From positions 15,389-79,388 of the forward strand of contig CAZLHR010000004.1 in assembly GCA_964559685.1 (NCBI GenBank): DNA of 64,000 nucleotides. The letters are read 5' to 3'. A program made the translations under genes and the position numbers. Shown here piece by piece: positions 48,519 through 58,300 of this stretch. The stretch is from an uncultured Lishizhenia sp. (GTDB lineage: Bacteria > Bacteroidota > Bacteroidia > Flavobacteriales_D > Crocinitomicaceae). Positions within the stretch are counted from its first letter, which is position 1. Each line of letters opens with the position of its first letter. The notes under the pieces are model-generated. The model did not search any database, was not told where the DNA came from, and worked only from the letters and a program-made list of their open reading frames with translations.

Positions 48519-49699
48519 GATGCGTTGGCTGCTTGAAAATTCGTTTCACTAACTTCTATCTTTCTTTTTTGCAGGTTATAAGCAAAAGATTGTACAATTC
48601 CGATAGACGCGCACGCCATAATTAATGCTGAACCTCCCATCGCTAAGAACGGCATGTTTTGTCCAGTAACGGGAAAAACACCCGTACAAACGAGCATATT
48701 TATACTGGCTTGAGTGAGCAGATGTATACCTACACCCATGCACACATAGGTTTGAAAAAGATCATCTGTTTTTAGGGCTATTCTAATAATCCGTAGTAAG
48801 AGAATCATATACATTAGGATTAAAAATATTGCTGATACTAAACCGAATTCCTCAACAAAACTTGAATAATAAAAATCGGCATAAGCCTCAGGGATGAATT
48901 CTTTTAATTTTCCATCTCCGACACCTTGTCCAAGAATAGCTCCATTATGAATGGCGAGTTTTGCATTATTCGCCTGGGCATTTTTCAGGATATCTGCCGA
49001 CGATTCATCAACTTTTGAATTATAACGACTTACCCAAGTGTCGTAACGAGGTAAAATATTCAATTGAGGCGCTGCTTTGTGAAGTGATATTACTAAAACC
49101 ACTAAGCCTATACCTGCCCCCATCATTGTAAACAATTTCCCATAAGGCATTCGACCTATAAAAAGCATGGCAAATGACAGCATAAAAAGCATAGCTGCAG
49201 TTGAAAAATTATCTTTTAAAATCAAAAAACAAATTACAATAATCGGAAGCACAACGGGAAGAACACCTTCCTTCCAATCGTTGAACTTTTCTTTTTTCTT
49301 AACTAATAAACGAGATAAATAAACGATGAGCGCCAGTTTGGCAAAATCTGAAGACTGAAAGGTCAAACCAATAAATGGGATCTTAATCCAACGACCTGCA
49401 TCGTTAACTTGCGTCCCAAAAAACATCGTAAAAAGTAATATAAGAATGGCTACGTAGTAACTGAATTTTGCTAACTGTCCTATGTACTTCGAATCGGTTC
49501 GATGAATGAAAAACATCACAAAAAAGGCAATGACGACATAGAGTAAATGCTTGCCAAGGTACTGAATTGGTGACCCCCCTTCGATTTTGACAAGGATAGG
49601 AACGAAACTATAAACCGTCACCAAAGAAAACCCCATAAGTAAGATGGTTATTATCCAAATCACAGGATCGCCTTTCAGGTATTTAAGGTATTCTCTCAT
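48515..49699 (-). CDS. ftsW: FtsW/SEDS-family peptidoglycan glycosyltransferase / lipid II flippase
   Basis: About 10 TM helices with SDFAK, TGQNMPFLAMGGSA and SEDS motifs. Confidence 0.9.
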   Translation of the reverse strand: MREYLKYLKGDPVIWIITILLMGFSLVTVYSFVPILVKIEGGSPIQYLGKHLLYVVIAFFVMFFIHRTDSKYIGQLAKFSYYVAILILLFTMFFGTQVNDAGRWIKIPFIGLTFQSSDFAKLALIVYLSRLLVKKKEKFNDWKEGVLPVVLPIIVICFLILKDNFSTAAMLFMLSFAMLFIGRMPYGKLFTMMGAGIGLVVLVISLHKAAPQLNILPRYDTWVSRYNSKVDESSADILKNAQANNAKLAIHNGAILGQGVGDGKLKEFIPEAYADFYYSSFVEEFGLVSAIFLILMYMILLLRIIRIALKTDDLFQTYVCMGVGIHLLTQASINMLVCTGVFPVTGQNMPFLAMGGSALIMACASIGIVQSFAYNLQKRKIEVSETNFQAANAS

Positions 49700-50124
49700 T
49701 TTGTTTGCACCAATTGAAGGAATTCAGCGAATTTTCTCACGTTAAACTCAGTGTTACTATTGGAACTGGTGAAGAGTAAAATACCTGGCTTAAACTTCAT
49801 TTTTACACATGATTCTAAGGCCCAATTCACATCTTTTTCTTTTTCAGGCGTGTCATAAATTAGCGTAATTAATTTATCCTCTTGAATGTTTCCACGATCG
49901 ATTAGGGCCTGAATTTCTTGTGGATTTCCTATCCAAAGCACATTAAACGGGAATGAAAGAATTGTGCGTTCCAAGACTTCAATATTCGGATATTTCCAAC
50001 TAAATGCATCCATTTCTAAAACCTTTCCTCGGGCAACTTGCGTGCTGTCCCTATCTAGGAGCAGTCCATTTTTTTTAGCCTCGGAAAGTTGATTTTCGAT
50101 ATGTTGAAGTTCTTCCTTGCTCAT
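49696..50124 (-). CDS. hypothetical 142-aa soluble protein inserted between murD and ftsW
   Basis: The in-frame Met65 of the 206-aa track ORF lies 1 nt after the murD stop, and the ORF's stop overlaps the ftsW ATG (ATGA). The protein (MSKEELQHIENQLSEAKKNG...) has no TM helix, signal peptide or recognisable motif. Confidence 0.5.
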   Translation of the reverse strand: MSKEELQHIENQLSEAKKNGLLLDRDSTQVARGKVLEMDAFSWKYPNIEVLERTILSFPFNVLWIGNPQEIQALIDRGNIQEDKLITLIYDTPEKEKDVNWALESCVKMKFKPGILLFTSSNSNTEFNVRKFAEFLQLVQTK

Positions 50125-50125
50125 A

Positions 50126-51469
50126 TTATAGCATTCTAACAGCTTGTTTGAACTGATTCCCTCGGTCTTCATAATTTTCAAACAAATCAAAGCTTGCACA
50201 AGCTGGTGATAAAAGCACGGTCTCGTCTTTTTTAGCCAATCGATAACCATAGGCCACGGCTTCAACAGCTGAACTCGCTTCCACGATGGTTTCAACGGTT
50301 GTTGAGAATACCTCAATTATTTTTTGATTTTCTGTTCCAAGGCAAATAATTGCTTTCACTTTGTCTTTAACAAGTTCCATCAAATCGTTGTAATCGTTTC
50401 CTTTATCTACGCCTCCTACAATCCAAACCACTGGTTTTTCCATACTTTCTAAGGCAAACCACGTAGAATTGATGTTCGTAGCTTTTGAGTCATTTATAAA
50501 CTCAATACCGTTTACTTTTGCAACGAATTCTAGTCGATGTTCAACATTTACAAAGTCTTCGAGACTTTCTCGGACCACATCTTTACGAATTTCTACAATT
50601 CTCGCTGCAATCCCTGCTGCCAGCGAATTTTGGGTGTTGTGCTTACCCTTCAAAGCTAAATCATGAATGGACATAGTAAATTGATCTTTTATGTTTATTG
50701 TTAGTTGTTCCTTAGTTGCATACCCTCCTACCTGAATCTCTTCTTTGAGTGAAAAAGGTGCGGTTTTCATTGGGAGTTTTCTTTTGGCGATTTCTGCCTG
50801 AATTATGGGGTCATCGAAATTGTAGATGAACCAATCTTCATGGGTTTGATTATTTAAAATCCTAAATTTAGCGTCAACATAGCGTTGCATTTCATAAGCG
50901 TAGCGGTCTAAATGATCTGGGGTGATATTGGTTAGAATTCCAATGTCTGCCTTGAAATCAAACATATCGTCTAACTGAAATGAACTCAATTCAATGACAT
51001 ACCATTCGCGGTCACCTTCAGCTACTTGTTTGGCAAAACTATGTCCCACATTTCCCGCTAATCCAACATCCCAACCAGCTTTTTTCAGAATATGGTGTGT
51101 AAGCATGGTGGTGGTAGTTTTGCCGTTACTTCCTGTGATGCATATTTTTTTTCCTTTTGTATAATAACTTGCAAATTCTATTTCCGAAATAACAGGAATT
51201 CCTCTATTGCGCAGTGCTACAATAAGTGGAGCAGTATTCGGTATTCCAGGAGATTTTACAATCAAATCACAGGATAAAATACGCGCCTCATCGTGCTGAC
51301 CTTCTTCCCATTCAATCTTTAAATTTTGCAGGTCTAGTTTAAATTCCTCTTTTATTTTTCCGGCATCAGAAACAAACACTTTCCACTCTTGCTTTATGGC
51401 AAGAACAGCAGCTCCGATTCCACTTTCTCCGGCTCCTAAAATCGCGATATGTTTTCCTTTTCCTTGCAT
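50126..51469 (-). CDS. murD: UDP-N-acetylmuramoylalanine--D-glutamate ligase
   Basis: GAGESG, GSNGKTTT and SPACASFD motifs. Confidence 0.9.
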   Translation of the reverse strand: MQGKGKHIAILGAGESGIGAAVLAIKQEWKVFVSDAGKIKEEFKLDLQNLKIEWEEGQHDEARILSCDLIVKSPGIPNTAPLIVALRNRGIPVISEIEFASYYTKGKKICITGSNGKTTTTMLTHHILKKAGWDVGLAGNVGHSFAKQVAEGDREWYVIELSSFQLDDMFDFKADIGILTNITPDHLDRYAYEMQRYVDAKFRILNNQTHEDWFIYNFDDPIIQAEIAKRKLPMKTAPFSLKEEIQVGGYATKEQLTINIKDQFTMSIHDLALKGKHNTQNSLAAGIAARIVEIRKDVVRESLEDFVNVEHRLEFVAKVNGIEFINDSKATNINSTWFALESMEKPVVWIVGGVDKGNDYNDLMELVKDKVKAIICLGTENQKIIEVFSTTVETIVEASSAVEAVAYGYRLAKKDETVLLSPACASFDLFENYEDRGNQFKQAVRML

Positions 51470-51472
51470 CGA

Positions 51473-52717
51473 CTATCTTAATTTTAGCGTTACGATGGTT
51501 ACCACCGCTAGAAGCACTCCCACAATCCAAAATCGGGAAACAATTTTTGCCTCGTGTAAGCCTTTTTTCTGAAAATGATGATGTAACGGAGCCATTAGAA
51601 AAATGCGCCGTCCTTCGCCAAATCGTCTTTTTGTGAATTTGAAATAACCAACTTGGAGCATTACGGATAAATTTTCAATAAGGAATACCCCACAAAGCAC
51701 AGGAATCAGCAGTTCCTTTCTGATGGCAATAGCAAATACGGCAATGATTCCGCCAATTGCCAAACTTCCGGTATCTCCCATAAAAACTTGTGCTGGAAAT
51801 GAGTTATACCACAAAAATCCGATACATGCTCCTACGAATGCCGCGATAAAAATTACCATTTCTTCTGCTAATGGTATGTACATTACATTTAAGTAATCTG
51901 CAAACTTCGCGTGAGAGCTGACATATGCCAAAACAGCCAAGGCCAAACCAATAATCGCAGATGTACCTGTTGCCAAACCATCTAATCCGTCGGTCATGTT
52001 GGCTCCGTTCGAAACAGCAATAACAATGAATATGACTATTGGAATAAAGAGCAACCAGCCATAAGATTTGTCCATATCACCAATAAGCCAGTTGTAATTA
52101 AACTCATTCCCTTTGATAAAAGGAATGGTGGTCGTCATGTCGTCGGTTTTGATCCATTTATAGCTCTCACCGTCATTTTGAACGTGAAGGTGCGTAACAA
52201 ACTCTTCGTCATTCTGTAATTTATAGTCTGCGCTTACTCTTTTGTGAACGGTTACATCATCAGAAAAATAGAGGATACATCCGACTATTAATCCTACTCC
52301 AATTTGTCCTATTACTTTGAACGAACCCTTTAATCCTTCTTTGTTCTTTTTAAATACTTTGATATAGTCATCTAAAAATCCAATCATGCCCAACCAAATA
52401 GTAGCGATTATCATGGTGATGACGTAAATATTATGGAGTTTTGCAAAGAGTATCGTTGGAATTAAAATAGCGCTAAGAATGATTATACCTCCCATTGTAG
52501 GTGTACCAGACTTTTCTATTTGTCCCGCAAGTCCAAGATCTCGAACCGTCTCTCCGATTTGTTGCTTGCGCAGTGCTTGAATAATTTTCTTCCCAAAAAC
52601 AATTGAAACTATTAACGATGTGATCAATGCCATGGCTGCTCGAAAGGAAATAAAGTCGAACAAACCGGCTCCCGGAACATTTAGTTTATCTAAGTAATCA
52701 AATAAGTAGTACAGCAT
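51473..52717 (-). CDS. mraY: phospho-N-acetylmuramoyl-pentapeptide transferase
   Basis: Kx[17 protein letters not shown] and APLHHHF motifs. Confidence 0.9.
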   Translation of the reverse strand: MLYYLFDYLDKLNVPGAGLFDFISFRAAMALITSLIVSIVFGKKIIQALRKQQIGETVRDLGLAGQIEKSGTPTMGGIIILSAILIPTILFAKLHNIYVITMIIATIWLGMIGFLDDYIKVFKKNKEGLKGSFKVIGQIGVGLIVGCILYFSDDVTVHKRVSADYKLQNDEEFVTHLHVQNDGESYKWIKTDDMTTTIPFIKGNEFNYNWLIGDMDKSYGWLLFIPIVIFIVIAVSNGANMTDGLDGLATGTSAIIGLALAVLAYVSSHAKFADYLNVMYIPLAEEMVIFIAAFVGACIGFLWYNSFPAQVFMGDTGSLAIGGIIAVFAIAIRKELLIPVLCGVFLIENLSVMLQVGYFKFTKRRFGEGRRIFLMAPLHHHFQKKGLHEAKIVSRFWIVGVLLAVVTIVTLKLR

Positions 52718-54180
52718 TATTTCTTCAATTCATTAGTTAATTCTTGTGTTATCTTGAAATCATCAAAATCGTATTTAACTCCCATAATTTCTTGGTATTT
52801 CTCATGTCCTTTCCCCGCGATTAAAATGATATCACCAGATTGTGCTAGTAGAATCGCCGTTTTAATAGCTTGTTTTCTTTCCAGAACAGAAATAGATTTT
52901 GTTTGCAGATCTGGGCTCAACCCTGATTCCATTTCTTGTAAAATTTGAGCGGGATCCTCTGTTCGTGGGTTATCAGAAGTTAAAATAACTTGTTGACTCA
53001 TCTTAGCGGCTATTTCCGCCATCAACGGACGTTTTGTTTTGTCACGATCTCCACCACATCCTACAAGTGTGATGACTTTTTCTGTCCCCTTCTTAATTCC
53101 ATTAATGGTCTGGAGCACATTTTCCAATGCGTCAGGCGTGTGTGCGTAATCCACAATTACTGTCAATCCGCCATTACTTCTGTAATATTGAAATCTCCCA
53201 TCAACTGAATTTAATTTACTCAGGCCTGTTAATACTTCTAATGAATCAAATCCTAAAGAGGTGGCCACGCCATATACTGCCAGCAAGTTGTAGGCATTAA
53301 ATTCTCCAACCAATTTGGTGTATACTTCTTTATTATTGATTTGAAGCACCAACCCACTGAGTGCGTTCTCACTAATTTTTCCTTTAAAATCTGCAGGAGT
53401 TTTCAGTGCATAACTTAACTTTTGCGCCTTTGTGTTTTGCAACATAAGCGTTCCGTTCTTATCGTCAACATTTGTCAAAGCAAAAGCAGCGCTGCTAAGG
53501 CCATCAAAGAAGGCTTTTTTTACGTTGATATAAGCAGAAAAGGTTTGGTGGTAATCCAAATGATCATGTGTTATGTTGGTGAAAACTGCACCATTGAAAT
53601 GCAATCCAGCAATACGATGTTGATGAATTGCATGCGAACTGACTTCCATAAAACAATACCCACATCCCTGGTCGACCATTTTTCTCAATAATGCATTGAG
53701 TTGGACGGGATCAGGGGTGGTGTGTGTAGATGGTATTTCGTCGTCACCAATCTTATTTATCACTGTTGAAAGTAATCCGGCTTTAGTTCCTAGCTGTAAG
53801 AACAAACTGTGAAGCAGCGTTGTAGTGGTCGTCTTTCCATTCGTTCCAGTTACACCTACTAACTTTAGATTTTTAGAAGGATGGTCGTAAAAGTTACAAG
53901 CAGAAACGCCCAATGCGTGGGCGGAATCTGAAACTTCTATCACATTTGCATCTTCAAATGAAACCTTTGTGATATCTTGAACAACAAAATTGCGACAACC
54001 GTTAGCATAGGCTGCTGAAATATAATCATGGCCATCGTTGTTCGTTCCTCTGATCGCAAAGAATAGCGAAGAATGTGAGGCTTGACGAGAATCAAACGTT
54101 AATAATTCAATGGTATTATCAAGACTTCCTCTTACCCGAGAAAATGCAATTCCATTTAGTATATTATCTAATGTTTTCAT
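52717..54180 (-). CDS. murE: UDP-N-acetylmuramoyl-L-alanyl-D-glutamate--2,6-diaminopimelate ligase
   Basis: [17 protein letters not shown] and TSDNPR motifs. Confidence 0.9.
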   Translation of the reverse strand: MKTLDNILNGIAFSRVRGSLDNTIELLTFDSRQASHSSLFFAIRGTNNDGHDYISAAYANGCRNFVVQDITKVSFEDANVIEVSDSAHALGVSACNFYDHPSKNLKLVGVTGTNGKTTTTTLLHSLFLQLGTKAGLLSTVINKIGDDEIPSTHTTPDPVQLNALLRKMVDQGCGYCFMEVSSHAIHQHRIAGLHFNGAVFTNITHDHLDYHQTFSAYINVKKAFFDGLSSAAFALTNVDDKNGTLMLQNTKAQKLSYALKTPADFKGKISENALSGLVLQINNKEVYTKLVGEFNAYNLLAVYGVATSLGFDSLEVLTGLSKLNSVDGRFQYYRSNGGLTVIVDYAHTPDALENVLQTINGIKKGTEKVITLVGCGGDRDKTKRPLMAEIAAKMSQQVILTSDNPRTEDPAQILQEMESGLSPDLQTKSISVLERKQAIKTAILLAQSGDIILIAGKGHEKYQEIMGVKYDFDDFKITQELTNELKK

Positions 54181-56270
54181 TTAAATTCTAATCGTATAAC
54201 TTGTCCTCTTGTTAGCGAAGTTCCTGGTGTGAGAGATTGTGACACCACCTTACCAAATCCTTTCATCTTCACAATTAACCCTTTACTCTCGAGAATATAG
54301 ACTGCATCTTTGGCATTCATTCCAAGCACATTTGGTACTTTTCCGTCTAGTTTTAATTTACTCGAAATAATTACCTTTCCTTTGGTGGTATCAGCTCCTT
54401 GCCAATCGCCTAAAGATTGTATTGCGTATGGCAAGCCTAATTTTTGAGCTACCGAAATAATATCTTTGGAATATCCTGTTTTAAACTGTGGTAAATCTTT
54501 TGATTTGACTCCTTCGTTTACTGCCTTGTGGTATTTTAATGAGGACGCGTATACCTTGTTAGCTACTTCGGCAAATACAGTTCCTGCAGCTTCCGCACCA
54601 TAATATGCAATTGCTGGATTTGGTTTTGAAATCACTACAATACAACTGTATATTGGGTTATCCGCTGGAAAGTATCCAACAAAAGAAGCCTGATAAGAGC
54701 TATTGGACTCATTTTCTCCGTATTGACCTTTGTCCCCTTGTATTTCGGCTGTACCTGTTTTACCTGCAATTTTAAACATGGAACTTATTAGTTGCTTACC
54801 TGTACCGTTTGTCATTACCCCTTTCATGCATTCCTGCATAATTTTTACGGTTTTATCAGAACATACTTTTTCACGCAACACCACTGGGTTAAAAGTTTGA
54901 ATGGTGGCACCTCCCCTTCTTATTTCTTGGACAAAAAGCGGACGTACAAGCTTGCCATTATTTGCTATCGCATTATATAAGGATAAGGTCTGTAAAGGCG
55001 TTTGCAGCACACTATATCCAATAGACATCCAAGGCAATGAGATTGCGTTCCAAGCATCCGTTCCTGGTTTTGGAAACACAGGATTCGCTTCACCTTTCAG
55101 GTCAATACCGAGAGGTTCAGTTACGCCAAATTGTTTGAGTTTATCCAAGAATCGTTGCGGCTCATTTCGATAAGCAATATGTATAATTTGAGAAATAACA
55201 TTCGAAGACTTTTCAAAAGCCTGTTGGATGGTTATTTGACCGTATCCATTTCCATGATTAGAATCTTTAAGTTTATGGCCAGCTGCGAAATTATAAGTCC
55301 CAACAGCATTCACTTTGTCGGTAATGTTAAATTTCCCATCTTCCAATCCCGCCATTAGAGAGGCCAGTTTCATTGTAGAACCAGGCACTTCTCCTTGAGC
55401 TAATGCATAGTTGAACTCGTCTGCACATGAGCCATTTGATTTTCTTTTTAAGTTGGCGATGGCGCGCACGTAACCTGTTTTCACCTCCATTACCACTACA
55501 CAACCATGATCTGCCTCTAGCGCCAAAACTTGTCGATAAAGTTCTGTATGCGCAACTTCTTGAATTTCTTTATCTATGGTAGTTACAATATCTGCCCCTT
55601 CAACAGCGTCTTTGGTAACCTGACCGATTTTTTTCCATCCTGTCGCAAAACGTTGCTCGACCTCTTCTCCTGGTTCTCCTTTTAAGTAATTAAAGTATGC
55701 TCCATAAATCCCAATCATTCGGTCATCACCTAATGTTCTTGTAAGCATTGGGTTGTAAGGTTTTTCAATTTTCACATGCTCAACATCATCAATTAAACCT
55801 CCTTTGAAGCGGCCCAGTTTAAAAATGGGCAGTTTTCGTAATTTCAATCGCTGATCGTTGGTAACAGCCTTGCGAATCAATACACTTCTACTTCCCTCAT
55901 TTCTTGCTTTAAGTATTAAATCCACGTAATAAGCCTCGTTATCTTGTGGATACATTTTATGAAGCGCTTGACCGAGTTCATTCAAATCTTTATCAAAAAC
56001 TTTTTGACTCACAACTGTTGGATCCATGTAGATGTCATAATACGTAACATGCGTAAGAAGTGTATTGTAATTTCTATCTAGAATCTCTCCTTTTCGTGCC
56101 GGCCTTTCCACAGTTCGGTATGGGATTTTGTCGTCAGAACTTGAGAATACATTTGATTTCCCTTCCATTTGCAGAGATATCGTCTTATACAATACTACCA
56201 ACATGAGCACTACAAAACCAAAGTATATGGCATAAGCACGGTAATAAAGAAAATTCTTATCCTGACTCAT
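54177..56270 (-). CDS. ftsI: penicillin-binding protein FtsI/PBP3-like transpeptidase with a C-terminal PASTA domain
   Basis: N-terminal TM helix, STMK (PGSTMKL), SSN and KTGT motifs. The last roughly 55 aa (VPNVLGMNAKDAVYILESKGL...GQVIRLEF) look like a PASTA domain. Confidence 0.85.
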   Translation of the reverse strand: MSQDKNFLYYRAYAIYFGFVVLMLVVLYKTISLQMEGKSNVFSSSDDKIPYRTVERPARKGEILDRNYNTLLTHVTYYDIYMDPTVVSQKVFDKDLNELGQALHKMYPQDNEAYYVDLILKARNEGSRSVLIRKAVTNDQRLKLRKLPIFKLGRFKGGLIDDVEHVKIEKPYNPMLTRTLGDDRMIGIYGAYFNYLKGEPGEEVEQRFATGWKKIGQVTKDAVEGADIVTTIDKEIQEVAHTELYRQVLALEADHGCVVVMEVKTGYVRAIANLKRKSNGSCADEFNYALAQGEVPGSTMKLASLMAGLEDGKFNITDKVNAVGTYNFAAGHKLKDSNHGNGYGQITIQQAFEKSSNVISQIIHIAYRNEPQRFLDKLKQFGVTEPLGIDLKGEANPVFPKPGTDAWNAISLPWMSIGYSVLQTPLQTLSLYNAIANNGKLVRPLFVQEIRRGGATIQTFNPVVLREKVCSDKTVKIMQECMKGVMTNGTGKQLISSMFKIAGKTGTAEIQGDKGQYGENESNSSYQASFVGYFPADNPIYSCIVVISKPNPAIAYYGAEAAGTVFAEVANKVYASSLKYHKAVNEGVKSKDLPQFKTGYSKDIISVAQKLGLPYAIQSLGDWQGADTTKGKVIISSKLKLDGKVPNVLGMNAKDAVYILESKGLIVKMKGFGKVVSQSLTPGTSLTRGQVIRLEFK

Positions 56271-56686
56271 GGTTTAACTCGTATTACTTTGGTGGCATTT
56301 TTAGTTTCTTTAAGACCAGTTGAATCCAACTTTTCTACTAAACTTATCCTTCTGGTTTCTGTTTCTAACTTTGATTTAAGCTCCACATATTCAGCAGCAC
56401 TTTGATCGAGATCGCGTTGAGCTTTGACTATATCCTTTCCAATTTGTTTTCCATAGTAGCCTTTGGCAACGATGAGAATAAGCAAGAACATAAGGAAGAA
56501 TAGAAAACTCAAGTTATTTAAAAAGAATTCTTTGGTTAGAAAATCTCCATTTAAAATTTGAGTGAAGGCATTTACCTTCTTTGGGTTTTTGCTAACAGAT
56601 TTAGGAGCATTGTTTTTCTTTTCTACTTTTTTTGCAGGCTCCTTATCTTCAGGCAGATTGTATACTATGTAGTCGCTATCTGTCAT
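56267..56686 (-). CDS. ftsL: FtsL-like cell division protein
   Basis: 139 aa with a basic N-terminus, a single TM helix (LSFLFFLMFLLILIV) and a coiled coil. It sits between rsmH and ftsI. Confidence 0.55.
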   Translation of the reverse strand: MTDSDYIVYNLPEDKEPAKKVEKKNNAPKSVSKNPKKVNAFTQILNGDFLTKEFFLNNLSFLFFLMFLLILIVAKGYYGKQIGKDIVKAQRDLDQSAAEYVELKSKLETETRRISLVEKLDSTGLKETKNATKVIRVKP

Positions 56687-57594
56687 CTCTTCTCTGCTAT
56701 TCTTAATTTAGCGCTTCTCGAACGCGAGTTGCGTTGAATCTCAATTTCATCTGCAACAATAGGATGGCGAGTCACCTCATTAAAAGGTTTCTGAACATTT
56801 CCAAAAAAATCCTTTTCAATATTCCCGTCAAACGAACCGCGCTTTATGAAATTTTTCACAAGCCTATCTTCCAGGGAGTGATAAGACATTACTACTAATC
56901 TTCCTCCTGGTTTAAGCAGTTCAGCAGCTTGTTCGAGCATTGATTTTAGCACCTCCAATTCTTGATTAACTTCAATTCGTATGGCTTGAAAAACTTGCGC
57001 ATAAAACTTATGATCTTTATACTTTGGAGCAAATCGTCGCAATACGTCCATCAATTCAAATGTGGTATTGATTGGGTTGTCTGCCCGTTTGGAAATAATT
57101 GTAGCAGCCATGGCTCGCGAGGAAGTTAATTCACCGTAAACTTTGAAAATCTGCATAAGCTTTTCCTCTTCGTATTGGTTTACCACCTCATATGCAGACA
57201 ATTTCGCTTGTTGATTCATTCGCATATCTAGGCGCGCATTTTCACGGATGCTAAACCCTCTTGCAGGCTCATCAAACTGATAAGAAGAAACACCAAGATC
57301 AGCCAGAAGCCCATCGATAGTTTGAACATTATGAAGCTTCAAATGATTTTTTAAATAACTGAAATTTGCAGGAATTAAAATGAAATTAGGTGCGTCCCAT
57401 GCATTTTGCTGAGCAGCTTGATCCTGATCAAACGCGAAGAGTTTTCCTTGATTTCCTAAAGCATTAAAAATAGCCTTGGAATGCCCACCACCTCCAAAGG
57501 TAACATCTACATATATACCGTCTGGATTAATATTCAACCCATCGATACACTCATTAAAGAGCACTGGTATGTGGTAAGCCGTATTATTCTCCAT
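56683..57594 (-). CDS. rsmH: 16S rRNA (cytosine1402-N4)-methyltransferase
   Basis: YHIPVL, DVTFGGGGHS, DLGVSSYQ and SYHSLEDR motifs. Start taken at Met5; 57606 is also possible. Confidence 0.9.
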   Translation of the reverse strand: MENNTAYHIPVLFNECIDGLNINPDGIYVDVTFGGGGHSKAIFNALGNQGKLFAFDQDQAAQQNAWDAPNFILIPANFSYLKNHLKLHNVQTIDGLLADLGVSSYQFDEPARGFSIRENARLDMRMNQQAKLSAYEVVNQYEEEKLMQIFKVYGELTSSRAMAATIISKRADNPINTTFELMDVLRRFAPKYKDHKFYAQVFQAIRIEVNQELEVLKSMLEQAAELLKPGGRLVVMSYHSLEDRLVKNFIKRGSFDGNIEKDFFGNVQKPFNEVTRHPIVADEIEIQRNSRSRSAKLRIAEKR

Positions 57595-58042
57595 TGTCCA
57601 AATCACCCATTACTTCATCCGCCAAATCAGCGAAATCAGCCATGTTTCCTTCGATCATATCGAAGTATTTGGATTTGTCCCAGATTTCAATTCTATCATT
57701 GTATGCAATAAGCATAACCTCTGATTCAAGGCCCACCCGCTCCATTAGCGCAACAGGAATTAACACCCTGCCTGCATTATCCAATGTCACCTGTTTTGCC
57801 CCTTGGTGAAATAAGCGGTAGAACATCCTGTTCTTCGGTTTGAATAAGTTCATTTTCGAAAGCTTGTCGCTTATTCGCTCCCAATCTGGCAACGGAAATA
57901 AAGTCAAACACTCTTCAAATCCTTTATTCAACATGAAATCTCGCTGAGACGACGTAGGAAGCTGCTTCCTTAATCCGGAAGGAAATAAAAACCGACCCTT
58001 TTCGTCAAGTTTTACTTCAAATTCTCCTACTAATCCTGCCAT
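57584..58042 (-). CDS. mraZ: transcriptional regulator MraZ
   Basis: 152 aa with a duplicated DxxGR motif (LDEKGRFLFP, LDNAGRVLIP). It is the first gene of the dcw cluster. Confidence 0.9.
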   Translation of the reverse strand: MAGLVGEFEVKLDEKGRFLFPSGLRKQLPTSSQRDFMLNKGFEECLTLFPLPDWERISDKLSKMNLFKPKNRMFYRLFHQGAKQVTLDNAGRVLIPVALMERVGLESEVMLIAYNDRIEIWDKSKYFDMIEGNMADFADLADEVMGDLDNGE

Positions 58043-58077
58043 AGCTTAAATAATGGGTAAAATTAATGGAATAATTA

Positions 58078-58093
58078 CCACTTTTTACCACTT
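58078..58093 (-). promoter_or_regulatory. candidate MraZ operator: tandem AAGTGGTAA(A/T) repeats with a 10-nt period
   Basis: The minus strand reads AAGTGGTAAA-AAGTGGTAAT. It lies 36-51 nt upstream of the mraZ ATG and downstream of the -7 box at 58127-58134. Confidence 0.45.
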
Positions 58094-58126
58094 GATTTTA
58101 AATTGTTGATAACTTCTAACGTTTAG

Positions 58127-58134
58127 CAAATATA
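58127..58134 (-). promoter_or_regulatory. -7 box TATATTTG, candidate dcw (Pmra) promoter
   Basis: Plus-strand caaatata is TATATTTG on the minus strand, about 85 nt upstream of the mraZ ATG. Confidence 0.4.
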
Positions 58135-58198
58135 TTGGTTTCAATTGAGATTAAAAAATGTCTTAAATTCCTTTATTTTATTAGATTTTTTTGAAATA

Positions 58199-58214
58199 GT
58201 GGGAGTTTGTGGGA
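58199..58214 (+). repeat. second pair of 10-nt-phased GTGGGA direct repeats
   Basis: GTGGGAGTTT-GTGGGA on the plus strand, in the mraZ/eamA divergent intergenic region. Confidence 0.3.
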
Positions 58215-58288
58215 ACTTTTTAACACGTAATTCACAATACGCGTTTACAAGTTTTAAATTGCTTGGAAATGTCGCTTCACAATTGACT

Positions 58289-58296
58289 TAAATTTG
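58289..58296 (+). promoter_or_regulatory. -7 box TAAATTTG 4 nt upstream of the eamA ATG (58301)
   Basis: Exact TAnnTTTG match. Confidence 0.4.
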
Positions 58297-58300
58297 ATGC

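Noticed and set aside
49696-50316. The 206-aa version of the ORF between murD and ftsW, as listed in the track
   Set aside because: Its first 64 codons run through the 3' end of murD in another frame and look like translated noise (MRYSQQPLKPSWKRVQLLKPWPMV...). The internal Met at 50124, 1 nt after the murD stop, gives a non-overlapping 142-aa product.
58116-58125. The 10-mer ctaacgttta is shared between the dcw leader (58116-58125) and the lnt upstream region (59995-60004)
   Set aside because: A single short match in AT-rich intergenic DNA is compatible with chance, and there is no third copy or flanking similarity.
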